A stretch of DNA of 23,315 nt from contig DAHUZQ010000235.1 in NCBI GenBank assembly GCA_027306495.1, positions 1-23,315 of the forward strand, read 5' to 3'. The translations under genes and the position numbers were made by a program. This DNA is from Actinomycetota bacterium (GTDB lineage: Bacteria > Actinomycetota > Actinomycetes > Streptosporangiales > Streptosporangiaceae). The notes below the pieces were generated by a model. The model did no database searches. It worked only from the letters and a program-made list of their open reading frames with translations, and was not told the DNA's origin. Shown here one piece after another: positions 1 to 7,320 of this stretch. Each line of letters begins with the position of its first letter. Positions within the stretch are counted from its first letter, which is position 1.

Positions 1-39
1 TCGGTGCCCCCTGGAGCGGCGCATCAGGCCCGGGGCCGC

Positions 40-113
40 GCGGGTGTAGCTCAATGGCTAGAGTCCCAGCCTTCCAAGCTGGTTATGCGGGTTCGATTCC
101 CGTCACCCGCTCC
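40..113 (+). tRNA. tRNA-Gly, anticodon UCC (TCC)
   Basis: Cloverleaf read directly from the sequence. Acceptor stem gcgggtg pairs with cacccgc. D-arm is GCTCAATGG..GAGT. Anticodon stem-loop is ccagc-cTTCCaa-gctgg, giving anticodon TCC. T-arm is gcggg-TTCGATT-cccgt. Discriminator is T, followed by an encoded CC. Length about 74 nt. Confidence 0.85.
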
Positions 114-211
114 GTCCGCAGGAGGCTAGCGGGGCGAGACCGCGAACGCCCGCCGTCTGGCCGAAGTAGCTGGTGTAGCCGTCGGCGACCACGCAAACCC
201 AAGCACGCCAA

Positions 212-227
212 GCGCCGGCTTCGGCGC
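212..227. other. GC-rich hairpin GCGCCG-GCTT-CGGCGC about 100 nt 3' of the tRNA; possible transcript-end structure
   Basis: Perfect 6-bp stem with a 4-nt loop seen in the sequence. No U-tract follows, so it is not a canonical intrinsic terminator. Confidence 0.3.
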
Positions 228-562
228 CTCCCCCAACAGGGGGCCGGGATCCCGGCGCGCAAAGCGGAGATCTCGATGGCTGCCGCCCACCGTCGTTATG
301 CTCGACGTCACGAACGACTGGTCCGGGCCCGCGCGGTCGACCTGGCCGACGCGGTCGACCGGGCCGCGGTCAGCCCCGCAGTTCCGCTGCTCCTCGCCGG
401 GTGGCCGCACCCCAGCTTCGGATCACTCGTCAGCGAACTGCCCCGACAGCCGCTGCGGAGCCACGTTCCACGAGAAAGTCCCTCCACAGACCCGTGTTTG
501 GGCACTAGCTTTCCGTATGGTGGCCAGCGGCCCAGCGCACGGCGGAAACCGGAGCCCTTGAC

Positions 563-796
563 ATGAGCCCCGCAATCACGGCGGTGATCATTGCCGTCAT
601 CGCGCTTGTCGCACAACTGATCTTCCAGCGACACCTGACGAGCAAATACGACTATCAATGCGATAACTGCGGTCAGAGGTTCAACCTCACCCCGCTCACG
701 GCGTCAGTCGCTCCACACCGCTTCGGCGGCAGCAAGTATGTCAGATGTCCTCATTGTGGTGTGCGCTCATGGGTTTCGCCGGTGCCCAAGCAATAG
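563..796 (+). CDS. small (77 aa) membrane-anchored zinc-ribbon protein, hypothetical
   Basis: ATG start with stop TAG at 794-796. Hydrophobic N-terminal helix (AITAVIIAVIALVAQLIF) is followed by CDNCG...CPHCG, a double CxxC zinc ribbon. Local GC (about 57%) and third-position GC are below the window average, so the coding call is moderate. Confidence 0.45.
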   Translation: MSPAITAVIIAVIALVAQLIFQRHLTSKYDYQCDNCGQRFNLTPLTASVAPHRFGGSKYVRCPHCGVRSWVSPVPKQ

Positions 797-894
797 GGGA
801 CTGCCGTGCACACGCGGGCCCTGCCGACGCGACTGCTGCGCTCCCCCACAACCCCTCTCCCGTCGGCGGCAACCGGGGGTTCAGACGCACAGGC

Positions 895-1683
895 TCATGA
901 GCACACCAGGACGCCCGTAGCCGTGCGCACCCGCAGGAGTCCGTCGGCTCCGAACCTCAGGCCCCGGACAACTTCGGCGACCACCGACTCATAATCCGCC
1001 ACCTGCTCGGCGATGACCATGCTGCGCAGGTAGTCCTCGACTGGCCGCCCGTCCGGCAGGAGCAACTCCCCCACGAATTCGTGACGGGCCACCGAACTGA
1101 AAACCTGCCGCGCCAGCGCCTCGCCCGCGTCCAGACGCAGCGACTCATGCACCGCCAGGCCCTCACCACGGCCGCGCAGGACCGCCGACAGCGCGCTGAG
1201 CAATTCCAGCAGGTGACCCTCACCGTTGAACATGATCAGCACCCGGCCGCCGAGACGGGTGACACGGCGCAGTTCCCAGACCGCACAGACGGGTTGGGCC
1301 ACGTGGTAGAGCATGTGCATCGCCAGGGCCACATCGCAGCAAGCGTCCCGCAGTGGCAGGGACGCCGCGTCCCCGACCACCAACGACGCGGCCGGGAGGC
1401 GCCGGCGCACCGCGCTGAGCATGCCCGGTGACAAGTCGACGCCCAGCACCCGCCGCACCCGCCCGGGCCCCAGAAACTCGGCCAGGTACTTGCCGTTCCC
1501 GCAGCCAATGTCGGCAACAGTCTCGTCGCCGCACGGCCCGAGCAGCGACACGATCTCCCGGGCGAGATCGACCACCGGCCGCTGATAGGCGTAGATGGAC
1601 TGACGGGCCGCGAGGTTGTCCTCGGTCCGGTACTGGGAATCCAGCGACGCGCGGCCTGACCATGCCTGCGCATCGTCCGCCAC
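895..1683 (-). CDS. class I SAM-dependent methyltransferase
   Basis: Glycine-rich SAM-binding motif I (VADIGCGNGKYL) with an acidic motif II (LGVDLS) about 20 aa downstream. The GTG start overlaps the TAG stop of the upstream FHA-PrsW gene (CTAGTG), and AGGAG lies 9 nt upstream. Stop is TGA at 895-897. Confidence 0.8.
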   Translation of the reverse strand: MADDAQAWSGRASLDSQYRTEDNLAARQSIYAYQRPVVDLAREIVSLLGPCGDETVADIGCGNGKYLAEFLGPGRVRRVLGVDLSPGMLSAVRRRLPAASLVVGDAASLPLRDACCDVALAMHMLYHVAQPVCAVWELRRVTRLGGRVLIMFNGEGHLLELLSALSAVLRGRGEGLAVHESLRLDAGEALARQVFSSVARHEFVGELLLPDGRPVEDYLRSMVIAEQVADYESVVAEVVRGLRFGADGLLRVRTATGVLVCS

Positions 1684-3122
1684 TAGGCGATCTCCTCGTG
1701 CCCGGCCGAATGCCCCGGCGGCCCCGCATGCTGCGGCGCGTGCCCTGTCCCTGCTGCGTGCCCTGTCCCTGCTGCGTGCCCCGGCCCCGCGGCGTGCCCC
1801 GGCGGGCCAGCGACTCGCGGCGCGTGCGCCTGTCCAGGCGAGGCCAGCCCCGGCAGATCCATCACCATCGACTCACCCCGGAAGATCGGCATGTACCGGA
1901 CGTCCCTCTCGATCACCGCCGCCGTGGCGGTGTACCCGAGGAACAAGAACAGCGAGACCGCCTGGATCACGATCCACGGCCACAGATCCCGCCCGAACGC
2001 ACCACTCAGGCTCCAGTCGTTGAGGCCGTGCAGCACCGAGGGCAGCAGCAGGCCGAGCATCCACAACGTCACACGCTGACGATGGTAATTCGCGCCCAGC
2101 CCAATGAAGAATCCCGCGATACCGGCCCACAGGGCATGCTGCAGGCCGTCGAGGAATACGCGTTCCACAAATTCCGGGATGCCGAAAGCCGAGCCGTGCG
2201 CTATCTGCGCGACGTCCATGGGCACATAGATCGTGGACGCCTCATAGACGCCGAACATGAGGCCCGACAGCGTCGCCAGGAACGTCCACATCCGCACGTC
2301 TAGTTTCTGCTTGCGTGCGGTGAGCAACACGATGGCGGCGACCAGCAGTGGCAGGGCCTTCGTGAATTCCTCGGCAACCCCGACCCCGAAGATCCAGCCC
2401 GCCAGGTTGGCACTGCCGGCCCGGGGCTCCAGCGCATTCTCCCAGGGCACGGTCAGCACGGGGATGAGCACGACTTCCGCGAGCAGCAGGAAGCCGGCGA
2501 TAGCCGCCTCGACCTTGCCGAACCGGCCGGGCGGGCGGATCAGGTACCAGAACACCAGTGCCCACAACGGCGCCACGTACAGGCAGTACACCCAGCCCAG
2601 CGTCCGCAGGCTGCTCGTGTGCTGAAGCGTGGCCAGCATGATCAGCGGAGCCATCGCATAAGCGGCCACCAGCAGGCGGTACCACGAGCGCAGCGCAGGG
2701 TCCCTGGCCCAGGTGCTGATCGGGATCAAGATCTTCAGGGCGCTGACGACGTTCTGCTGCTGGGGGGGCCGAGACGCTGGACCGCCGGCGGCGGCGCCCG
2801 GCGAGAACGGCTCCGGCGTGGTCGCTGGCTCGAACCGGACGACGGGCCCGTCGGCGGCCGCCAACCGCACCTCCAGTGGCCCGGTCAGCGTCACCGTGGT
2901 CACCCGGTGGGCACCTGCGTAGGTCCCGCCGCTGCCGACGCTGTCCAGCACCCAGCCGTTCGCGCGCCAGGTCAGGCGCAGGTGCTCCCGCGACACCCGC
3001 GGATCCGCTACCCGCAGCGAACTTCCCGCCCCGCGGCCCACCACCGCGCCCGATCCCGGCGGCACGACGATCCGCTGGTCGCCGTGCCGGATGACAAGGT
3101 CGTTCATCATGTCCTGCCCCAC
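1683..3122 (-). CDS. FHA domain fused to a PrsW-family (M82-like) polytopic intramembrane protease, with a C-terminal His/Gly/Ala-rich repeat tail
   Basis: N-terminal FHA signature (VVGRG...SREHLRL...WVLDSVGS.GGTYAG.HRV) and a Pro-rich linker. Multiple TM helices carry PrsW motifs: AEEFTKAL (EExxK), the FLDGLQHALWAG region, and LHGLND (HxxxN/D). The tail is GHAAGPGHAAGTGHAAGTGHA. The GTG start is at 3122; an alternative ATG is at 3110, preceded by a GGGGCAGGA RBS-like run. Confidence 0.75.
   Translation of the reverse strand: MGQDMMNDLVIRHGDQRIVVPPGSGAVVGRGAGSSLRVADPRVSREHLRLTWRANGWVLDSVGSGGTYAGAHRVTTVTLTGPLEVRLAAADGPVVRFEPATTPEPFSPGAAAGGPASRPPQQQNVVSALKILIPISTWARDPALRSWYRLLVAAYAMAPLIMLATLQHTSSLRTLGWVYCLYVAPLWALVFWYLIRPPGRFGKVEAAIAGFLLLAEVVLIPVLTVPWENALEPRAGSANLAGWIFGVGVAEEFTKALPLLVAAIVLLTARKQKLDVRMWTFLATLSGLMFGVYEASTIYVPMDVAQIAHGSAFGIPEFVERVFLDGLQHALWAGIAGFFIGLGANYHRQRVTLWMLGLLLPSVLHGLNDWSLSGAFGRDLWPWIVIQAVSLFLFLGYTATAAVIERDVRYMPIFRGESMVMDLPGLASPGQAHAPRVAGPPGHAAGPGHAAGTGHAAGTGHAPQHAGPPGHSAGHEEIA
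1738..1791. repeat. 18-bp tandem repeat (gcgtgccctgtccctgct), 2 perfect plus 1-2 degenerate copies, encoding GHAAGT repeats of the FHA-PrsW C-terminus
   Basis: Direct repeat units at 1738-1755 and 1756-1773, followed by diverged copies. In frame in the minus-strand CDS. Confidence 0.7.
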
Positions 3123-3241
3123 CGGCCGCGCCCCGCACCGACCGCCGCGCTCCCCACGGCTCCGCCACTCCTGGAATGGCGGTGGACGGCGTTATCGCGG
3201 CTATTGTGATTCATTTCGGAACGAATGATCGGGTGCCCTCC

Positions 3242-4186
3242 CTATTCCCTGGCCGCCCCGGGCCGGTGTATTCCGAGCGGTCGCGGCGGGGACGGTGCCA
3301 CCTCGAGGGCCTCATCCCGCAGCAGCAGGGCAACAGCGGTGTCATCGCCGCTGCCCGCCGCCGACGCGCACGCCGCGGCCCAGGCCGGCAACTGCGCGCG
3401 GACCCAGCCGATGCCCTGGTCACGGGCGAACCGCACCAGATCGGACCCCACCGGCTGCTGCCAGGGATCGGTTACCAGCGCGTTCCCGAATCCGTCGGTC
3501 GCCAGCAGGACGGCAGCGACGTCCTCGCGGGCCAGATCGAGCACGGCACACCGGAACGATCGCACCGCGTCCGGTTGGCACAGGCTGGTCGTCCGGCGCC
3601 CATCCAGCCGTTCATCCCCGGGAACGGGCGTCGAAGCCCTGCCCTGCCCGTCAACCACGACGATGTCACCATCGCCGATCTGGCAGAGTCCCAGCCAGGA
3701 GCCCACCACGGCCGCCAGCAGCAGGGTGGTCCCATACGCCACCGAACCGCTCTCACCGGGCCGCAACCACCCACGTTCGTCCTGATCGAGGGGGTGCTCG
3801 AGCAGGTCATCCTCGACAGCGAACCGCCAGGCGGCGATGATGGCCGGGATCACGGCACCGCCCAGGACATGCTCCACCTCGCCGGTGGCCCCGCCGGCCG
3901 CGAGGTCGGCGGACCGTTCGATCAGCGCCGATCCGGCGACGCGGACGGCGAACTGCGCGCCCGTGGCGCTGCGGCCGTGCCGTGGGTGCCCGTGCCCGTC
4001 AGCCACCGCCAGGGCCAGGAGGCCACCGGGGTGCCCCGGATCGCCGAAGCAGGCCACCACGTCCTGGATGGGCCGCCCGGCCGCTTCGTGAGCGGCGCCG
4101 CGGGCGGTGGCTGTCAGGGTCTGCCACCGCAGGGGAAGGGCACGGGGAGGTGCCCCGGAGTCAGACAATCGGGTCCTTCTCAGCAT
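3242..4186 (-). CDS. PP2C-family Ser/Thr protein phosphatase
   Basis: PP2C motifs are present: LAVADGHGH (metal-binding DGxGG-like), GTTLLLAAV, GDGDIVVV, LLATDGF and DDTAVALL. Stop is TAG at 3242-3244. The start is uncertain: ATG at 4186, or TTG at 4168 preceded by a GAGAAGGA RBS. Confidence 0.8.
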   Translation of the reverse strand: MLRRTRLSDSGAPPRALPLRWQTLTATARGAAHEAAGRPIQDVVACFGDPGHPGGLLALAVADGHGHPRHGRSATGAQFAVRVAGSALIERSADLAAGGATGEVEHVLGGAVIPAIIAAWRFAVEDDLLEHPLDQDERGWLRPGESGSVAYGTTLLLAAVVGSWLGLCQIGDGDIVVVDGQGRASTPVPGDERLDGRRTTSLCQPDAVRSFRCAVLDLAREDVAAVLLATDGFGNALVTDPWQQPVGSDLVRFARDQGIGWVRAQLPAWAAACASAAGSGDDTAVALLLRDEALEVAPSPPRPLGIHRPGAARE

Positions 4187-4400
4187 CGCCCGGCGCAGCC
4201 GCCGCCGGCTGGATCAGCCTGCTCATGATCGCCTCCCGGTCCGCACCAGTCTCCGACAGGCGGGACACCGTAGGCGAGGCCGTCACCAGCGGGCTGGTTG
4301 TCCGCTCCACGGTATCCGCCACCAGCGCCGGAACCGGCCGGTCGCCGGCGAACCTGGCCAGATATTGCAGGTTCTGGCCCCGGAAGCTGTCGGGGGACAC
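4161..4400 (-). CDS. candidate small ORF (79 aa, GTG start) immediately upstream of, and overlapping, the PP2C start; hypothetical
   Basis: Third-position GC is about 85%, typical of coding DNA in this window. Its TGA overlaps the candidate TTG start of PP2C (TTGTCTGA). It has no recognisable domain and no hydrophobic core. Confidence 0.2.
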   Translation of the reverse strand: MSPDSFRGQNLQYLARFAGDRPVPALVADTVERTTSPLVTASPTVSRLSETGADREAIMSRLIQPAAAAPGDAEKDPIV

Positions 4401-4463
4401 CGGCCGCGGGCCCGCCCATCACGGGTCAGCCATCCCGCCCGCCGCCGGCCCAGCATAACCGCG

Positions 4464-5669
4464 CTAGCCTGCGGCGCGATCCACGACGCGCCCTTTCCAG
4501 GCACCACCCCGCCCGCTGTGATGGCGGCGGGCGGAATCGACTGTCATGGCCGCATACAGGACGGCGACCAGCGGCAGCGTGGCCGCACGCAGCGGTGAGA
4601 GCCGGTACATCCGCAACACGGGAACATAGGTCGCGGTCATGAGCAGAGCGGCGGCCCAGCCAGCGGCAGCCGTCACTGCCGCGGCCACTGTCCCGTTCGC
4701 CAGCCAGGCGGCCAGGCCACCCACCGCGGCCACCGGCGGCACCAGGTAGATCCATGCCAGCCCGACCACCACCAGAGCCAGCAGCATCGGTGAATACCGG
4801 AGCTGGGTGTAGGCACTGCGGGCGATCATCTCCCACAGCGACCGCAGGGTCGGATACGGCCGCCGGCTCTCAAGATCCACCGAGAACCCGAGCCAGCACG
4901 GCGACCGCGCCGGAGAACGCTTGAGAAGCCGCGCGAGAGCGACATCATCGATCCGCGCACCGGAGATCATCTGCAGCCCGCCCGCAGCGGCCAGCGCGGA
5001 CCGGCGCACCAGCATGCAGCCGCCCGCCGCCGCGGCCGTGCGGCTGCGGGCGCGGCTCGCGCGCCGGAATGGATAGAGCTGGCCGAAAAAGTACACAAAG
5101 GCCGGCACGATCAACCGCTCCCAGCCGCTGTCGGCCCGCAGCAACACCATCTGCGACACCAGATCGAACGGGCCGCCCTCGGCCGCCCGTACCAGCGACC
5201 GCAGGGCGTCCGGCGACCAGCTGATGTCGGCGTCGGTGAACAGAAGGTAGTCGCTGCCGCCGGCCGCCGTGACGCCCTGCGCCATCGCCCAGACCTTGCC
5301 CGCCCAGCCGGCAGGAGGAGGACAACCTGCGATGACACGCAGCCGGGAGCCAGGGCCGGCCAGCGACGAAGCCACTTGTGCCGTCCCATCGGTGCTGGCG
5401 TCGTCGACCAGCACGACCCGCAGCCTGCCCGGATAGTCCTGCCTCAGCAGCGTCGGCAAGGTCTGCGGCAAGATCGCGGCCTCGTCGCGGGCAGGCACGA
5501 CCACGCTCACGCACGGCCAGGTCCCCGGTCCCGGACCTGGCCGTCGCGCGTCATCGCCTGCTGGGCAATCTGGCAGGCGATGATCCGCCCGCCAGTAGCC
5601 GCCGTGCCCCAGCAGCAGGTATCCCCAGGCGAGGGCGGCGAGCACCGTGACCGCAACGGCGACGATCAC
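4464..5669 (-). CDS. family-2 glycosyltransferase with N- and C-terminal TM segments; HpnB-like (hopanoid-associated glycosyltransferase) by architecture and context
   Basis: GT-A motifs are present: VSVVVPARDEA, LVDDASTDGT and a DAD-like TDADI. It has an N-terminal TM helix and 3-4 C-terminal TM helices. The GTG start has GAGG 6 nt upstream, only 8 bp after the flotillin stop. Membership of the HpnB family cannot be proven without an HMM search. Confidence 0.7.
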   Translation of the reverse strand: MIVAVAVTVLAALAWGYLLLGHGGYWRADHRLPDCPAGDDARRPGPGPGTWPCVSVVVPARDEAAILPQTLPTLLRQDYPGRLRVVLVDDASTDGTAQVASSLAGPGSRLRVIAGCPPPAGWAGKVWAMAQGVTAAGGSDYLLFTDADISWSPDALRSLVRAAEGGPFDLVSQMVLLRADSGWERLIVPAFVYFFGQLYPFRRASRARSRTAAAAGGCMLVRRSALAAAGGLQMISGARIDDVALARLLKRSPARSPCWLGFSVDLESRRPYPTLRSLWEMIARSAYTQLRYSPMLLALVVVGLAWIYLVPPVAAVGGLAAWLANGTVAAAVTAAAGWAAALLMTATYVPVLRMYRLSPLRAATLPLVAVLYAAMTVDSARRHHSGRGGAWKGRVVDRAAG

Positions 5670-5677
5670 GTGCTACC

Positions 5678-6856
5678 TCAGCCGGCCCCCTGGCCATCCG
5701 CCTGCCCATCGGGCTGACCGTCCGCCCCGCCGGCTGCGGGGAGCCCGGCGGACTGGCTGCCGGGCGCGCGGTCCAGTTCGCCGTTCACGCTCTTCCTCAC
5801 CGTGCTGAGGATCGACAAGCCCTGGCCAACGAGACTCGCGGCGATCTCACTCAGCCCATCGGCGCCGTTCAGCACGCTGACGTTGGCTCCTCCGAGGCCA
5901 GCGGCGGCTTCCTTGACGATCTGGGGAAGCTGGTTGATGAGCATCTGGTCGAGCGCGATCCGGTTGTTGGAGGCAGCCGCCTGCGCCTGGATCGTCACCC
6001 GCTCCGCCTCGGCTCTGGCCAGCACACGCACGCGTTCGGCTTCGGCTTCGGCCGGCTTGACCACCTCGGCCACGAGTTGGCGCTCGCGCAGTTCCGCCTG
6101 CTGACGGGCGAGTTCGGCCTGTGCCGCGATGACCTTGAGTTGCGCCTGCGCCTGGGAGAGCGGCCCGGCCTGGGCCGCCTCGGCCTGGGCCTTGTCGATC
6201 TGGGCCTTGTACTCGGCCTGCACGACCGCGGTCTGCCGGGCGTACTCGGCCTGCTTGCGCTGCGATTCCTGCTCGGCCTCGGCCGCCGCCTGGTTGGCCT
6301 GAGCCTGGGCGATCTGAGCCTGGCGGCGGATCGCCGCGTTGTGTGGCGCGGCCATCGAGTCGATATAGCCCGCGTTCATATCGTCGATCGACTGGATTTG
6401 CAGGGAGTCCACGGTCAGGCCGATCTTGACCATCTCCACCTTGGATCCGTCGAGGACCTCCGTCGCCAGTTTCTGGCGTTCGGTGACGATTTCCTCGACC
6501 GTCATGGATCCCACGATCGACCGCAGGTGGCCCGCGAAGATCCGCCCGGTCAGAGTTGACATCTGATCCTGATCGGACAGGAAACGCTGGCCCGCATTGA
6601 CGATGCTTTCCTCGTCGTTGCCAACCTTGAAAGCGATGACCGCTCGCACGTTGAGTGCAATACCCTGCCGGGTCACACAGGTCTCGGCGACTTCCGCCTC
6701 CTGCATTGACAAGGTCAGGTAACGAGCCTTGCGGAAGAAGGGGGCGACGAATGCGCCATGGCCGACCACCACCCGGAACGGCGCTCCACTGTGCCAGCGC
6801 CTGCCGCCGGCGACCAGCATGGCCTCGTCAGGCGCTGGGACACGGTATCCGAACAT
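5678..6856 (-). CDS. flotillin (SPFH/band-7 domain plus Ala/Glu/Gln-rich coiled-coil flotillin domain), FloT homologue lacking an N-terminal membrane hairpin
   Basis: GHLRSIVGSMTVEEI is identical to the FloT core motif. The N-terminal PDEAMLVAGG aligns to FloT GPDEALIVTG. A long EA/AQ-rich coiled-coil segment follows. A strong RBS (GGAACAGGAGCAGG) precedes the ATG. An in-frame upstream stop prevents any N-terminal extension. Confidence 0.85.
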   Translation of the reverse strand: MFGYRVPAPDEAMLVAGGRRWHSGAPFRVVVGHGAFVAPFFRKARYLTLSMQEAEVAETCVTRQGIALNVRAVIAFKVGNDEESIVNAGQRFLSDQDQMSTLTGRIFAGHLRSIVGSMTVEEIVTERQKLATEVLDGSKVEMVKIGLTVDSLQIQSIDDMNAGYIDSMAAPHNAAIRRQAQIAQAQANQAAAEAEQESQRKQAEYARQTAVVQAEYKAQIDKAQAEAAQAGPLSQAQAQLKVIAAQAELARQQAELRERQLVAEVVKPAEAEAERVRVLARAEAERVTIQAQAAASNNRIALDQMLINQLPQIVKEAAAGLGGANVSVLNGADGLSEIAASLVGQGLSILSTVRKSVNGELDRAPGSQSAGLPAAGGADGQPDGQADGQGAG

Positions 6857-6901
6857 GCTGCCTGCTCCTGTTCCTATGTCAGCGAGCCCGCCCGGGCGGA
6901 C

Positions 6902-7144
6902 TCAATAGTCCTCGTCCTGGAATGGGCGGAGTGGGTCATTCCATTCGCTGACATCAACCGTCCGTGTCCCCCGATCATTGATGACCAGGACAGAAGTACC
7001 CCGTTTCAGCGGCTGGGCCGACCAGGCAATAAGCGCTTCAGAGCCACCGCGGTAGGAGATCAGCACCTCTCCGGGACCGGACTGCCCCCGTGTCGCGACG
7101 ATGATCCGGCCGATACAGCCGACCACGGAACTGTCCTGAGCCAC
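6902..7144 (-). CDS. short NfeD-like OB-fold (beta-barrel) protein, the usual operon partner of flotillin
   Basis: 80 aa with a Gly/Val pattern (GEVLISYRGG...GTSVLVIN..GTRTVDV) typical of the NfeD C-terminal domain. GTG start with GAGGAG 8 nt upstream. An in-frame stop 4 codons upstream bounds the N-terminus. It sits directly 5' of the flotillin gene. Confidence 0.5.
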   Translation of the reverse strand: MAQDSSVVGCIGRIIVATRGQSGPGEVLISYRGGSEALIAWSAQPLKRGTSVLVINDRGTRTVDVSEWNDPLRPFQDEDY

Positions 7145-7280
7145 CGCCGGCGCTCCTCACACATTCCCATGAATGCGAATCACCACCCTATCTGTTCACA
7201 GCGTCCACGGCGGTTTCCGGGGGGTGACGATGTGGCCGGGATGCTGCTCGCGCCACAGCGAACTCGCAGGCAGCCCAGAC

Positions 7281-7320
7281 ATGCTGATGGCGCCCCGGTC
7301 AACCGGGGCGCCATCAGCAT
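7281..7320. repeat. perfect 18-bp inverted repeat with a 4-nt spacer (ATGCTGATGGCGCCCCGG-TCAA-CCGGGGCGCCATCAGCAT); hairpin or palindromic operator
   Basis: Exact reverse-complement arms read directly from the sequence. It lies in the 313-bp gap between the ribokinase stop (7458) and the NfeD start (7144). There is no adjacent U-tract on either strand. Confidence 0.9.

Noticed and set aside
54-566. 170-aa plus-strand ORF starting inside the tRNA-Gly
   Set aside because: It overlaps the tRNA, is Arg-rich with low codon bias, and has no domain signature. Only its distal part (from the ATG at about 276) is even weakly coding-like.
2242-3168. Long Arg/Gly/Pro-rich ORFs antisense to or offset from real genes (e.g. 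2242-3168 -, 3176-4228 +, 8929-10266 -, 12354-13031 +, 15100-16674 +, 20226-21353 -, 21730-23184 -)
   Set aside because: These are typical open alternative frames of about 72%-GC DNA. Each overlaps a gene with clear family motifs, and none has motifs of its own.
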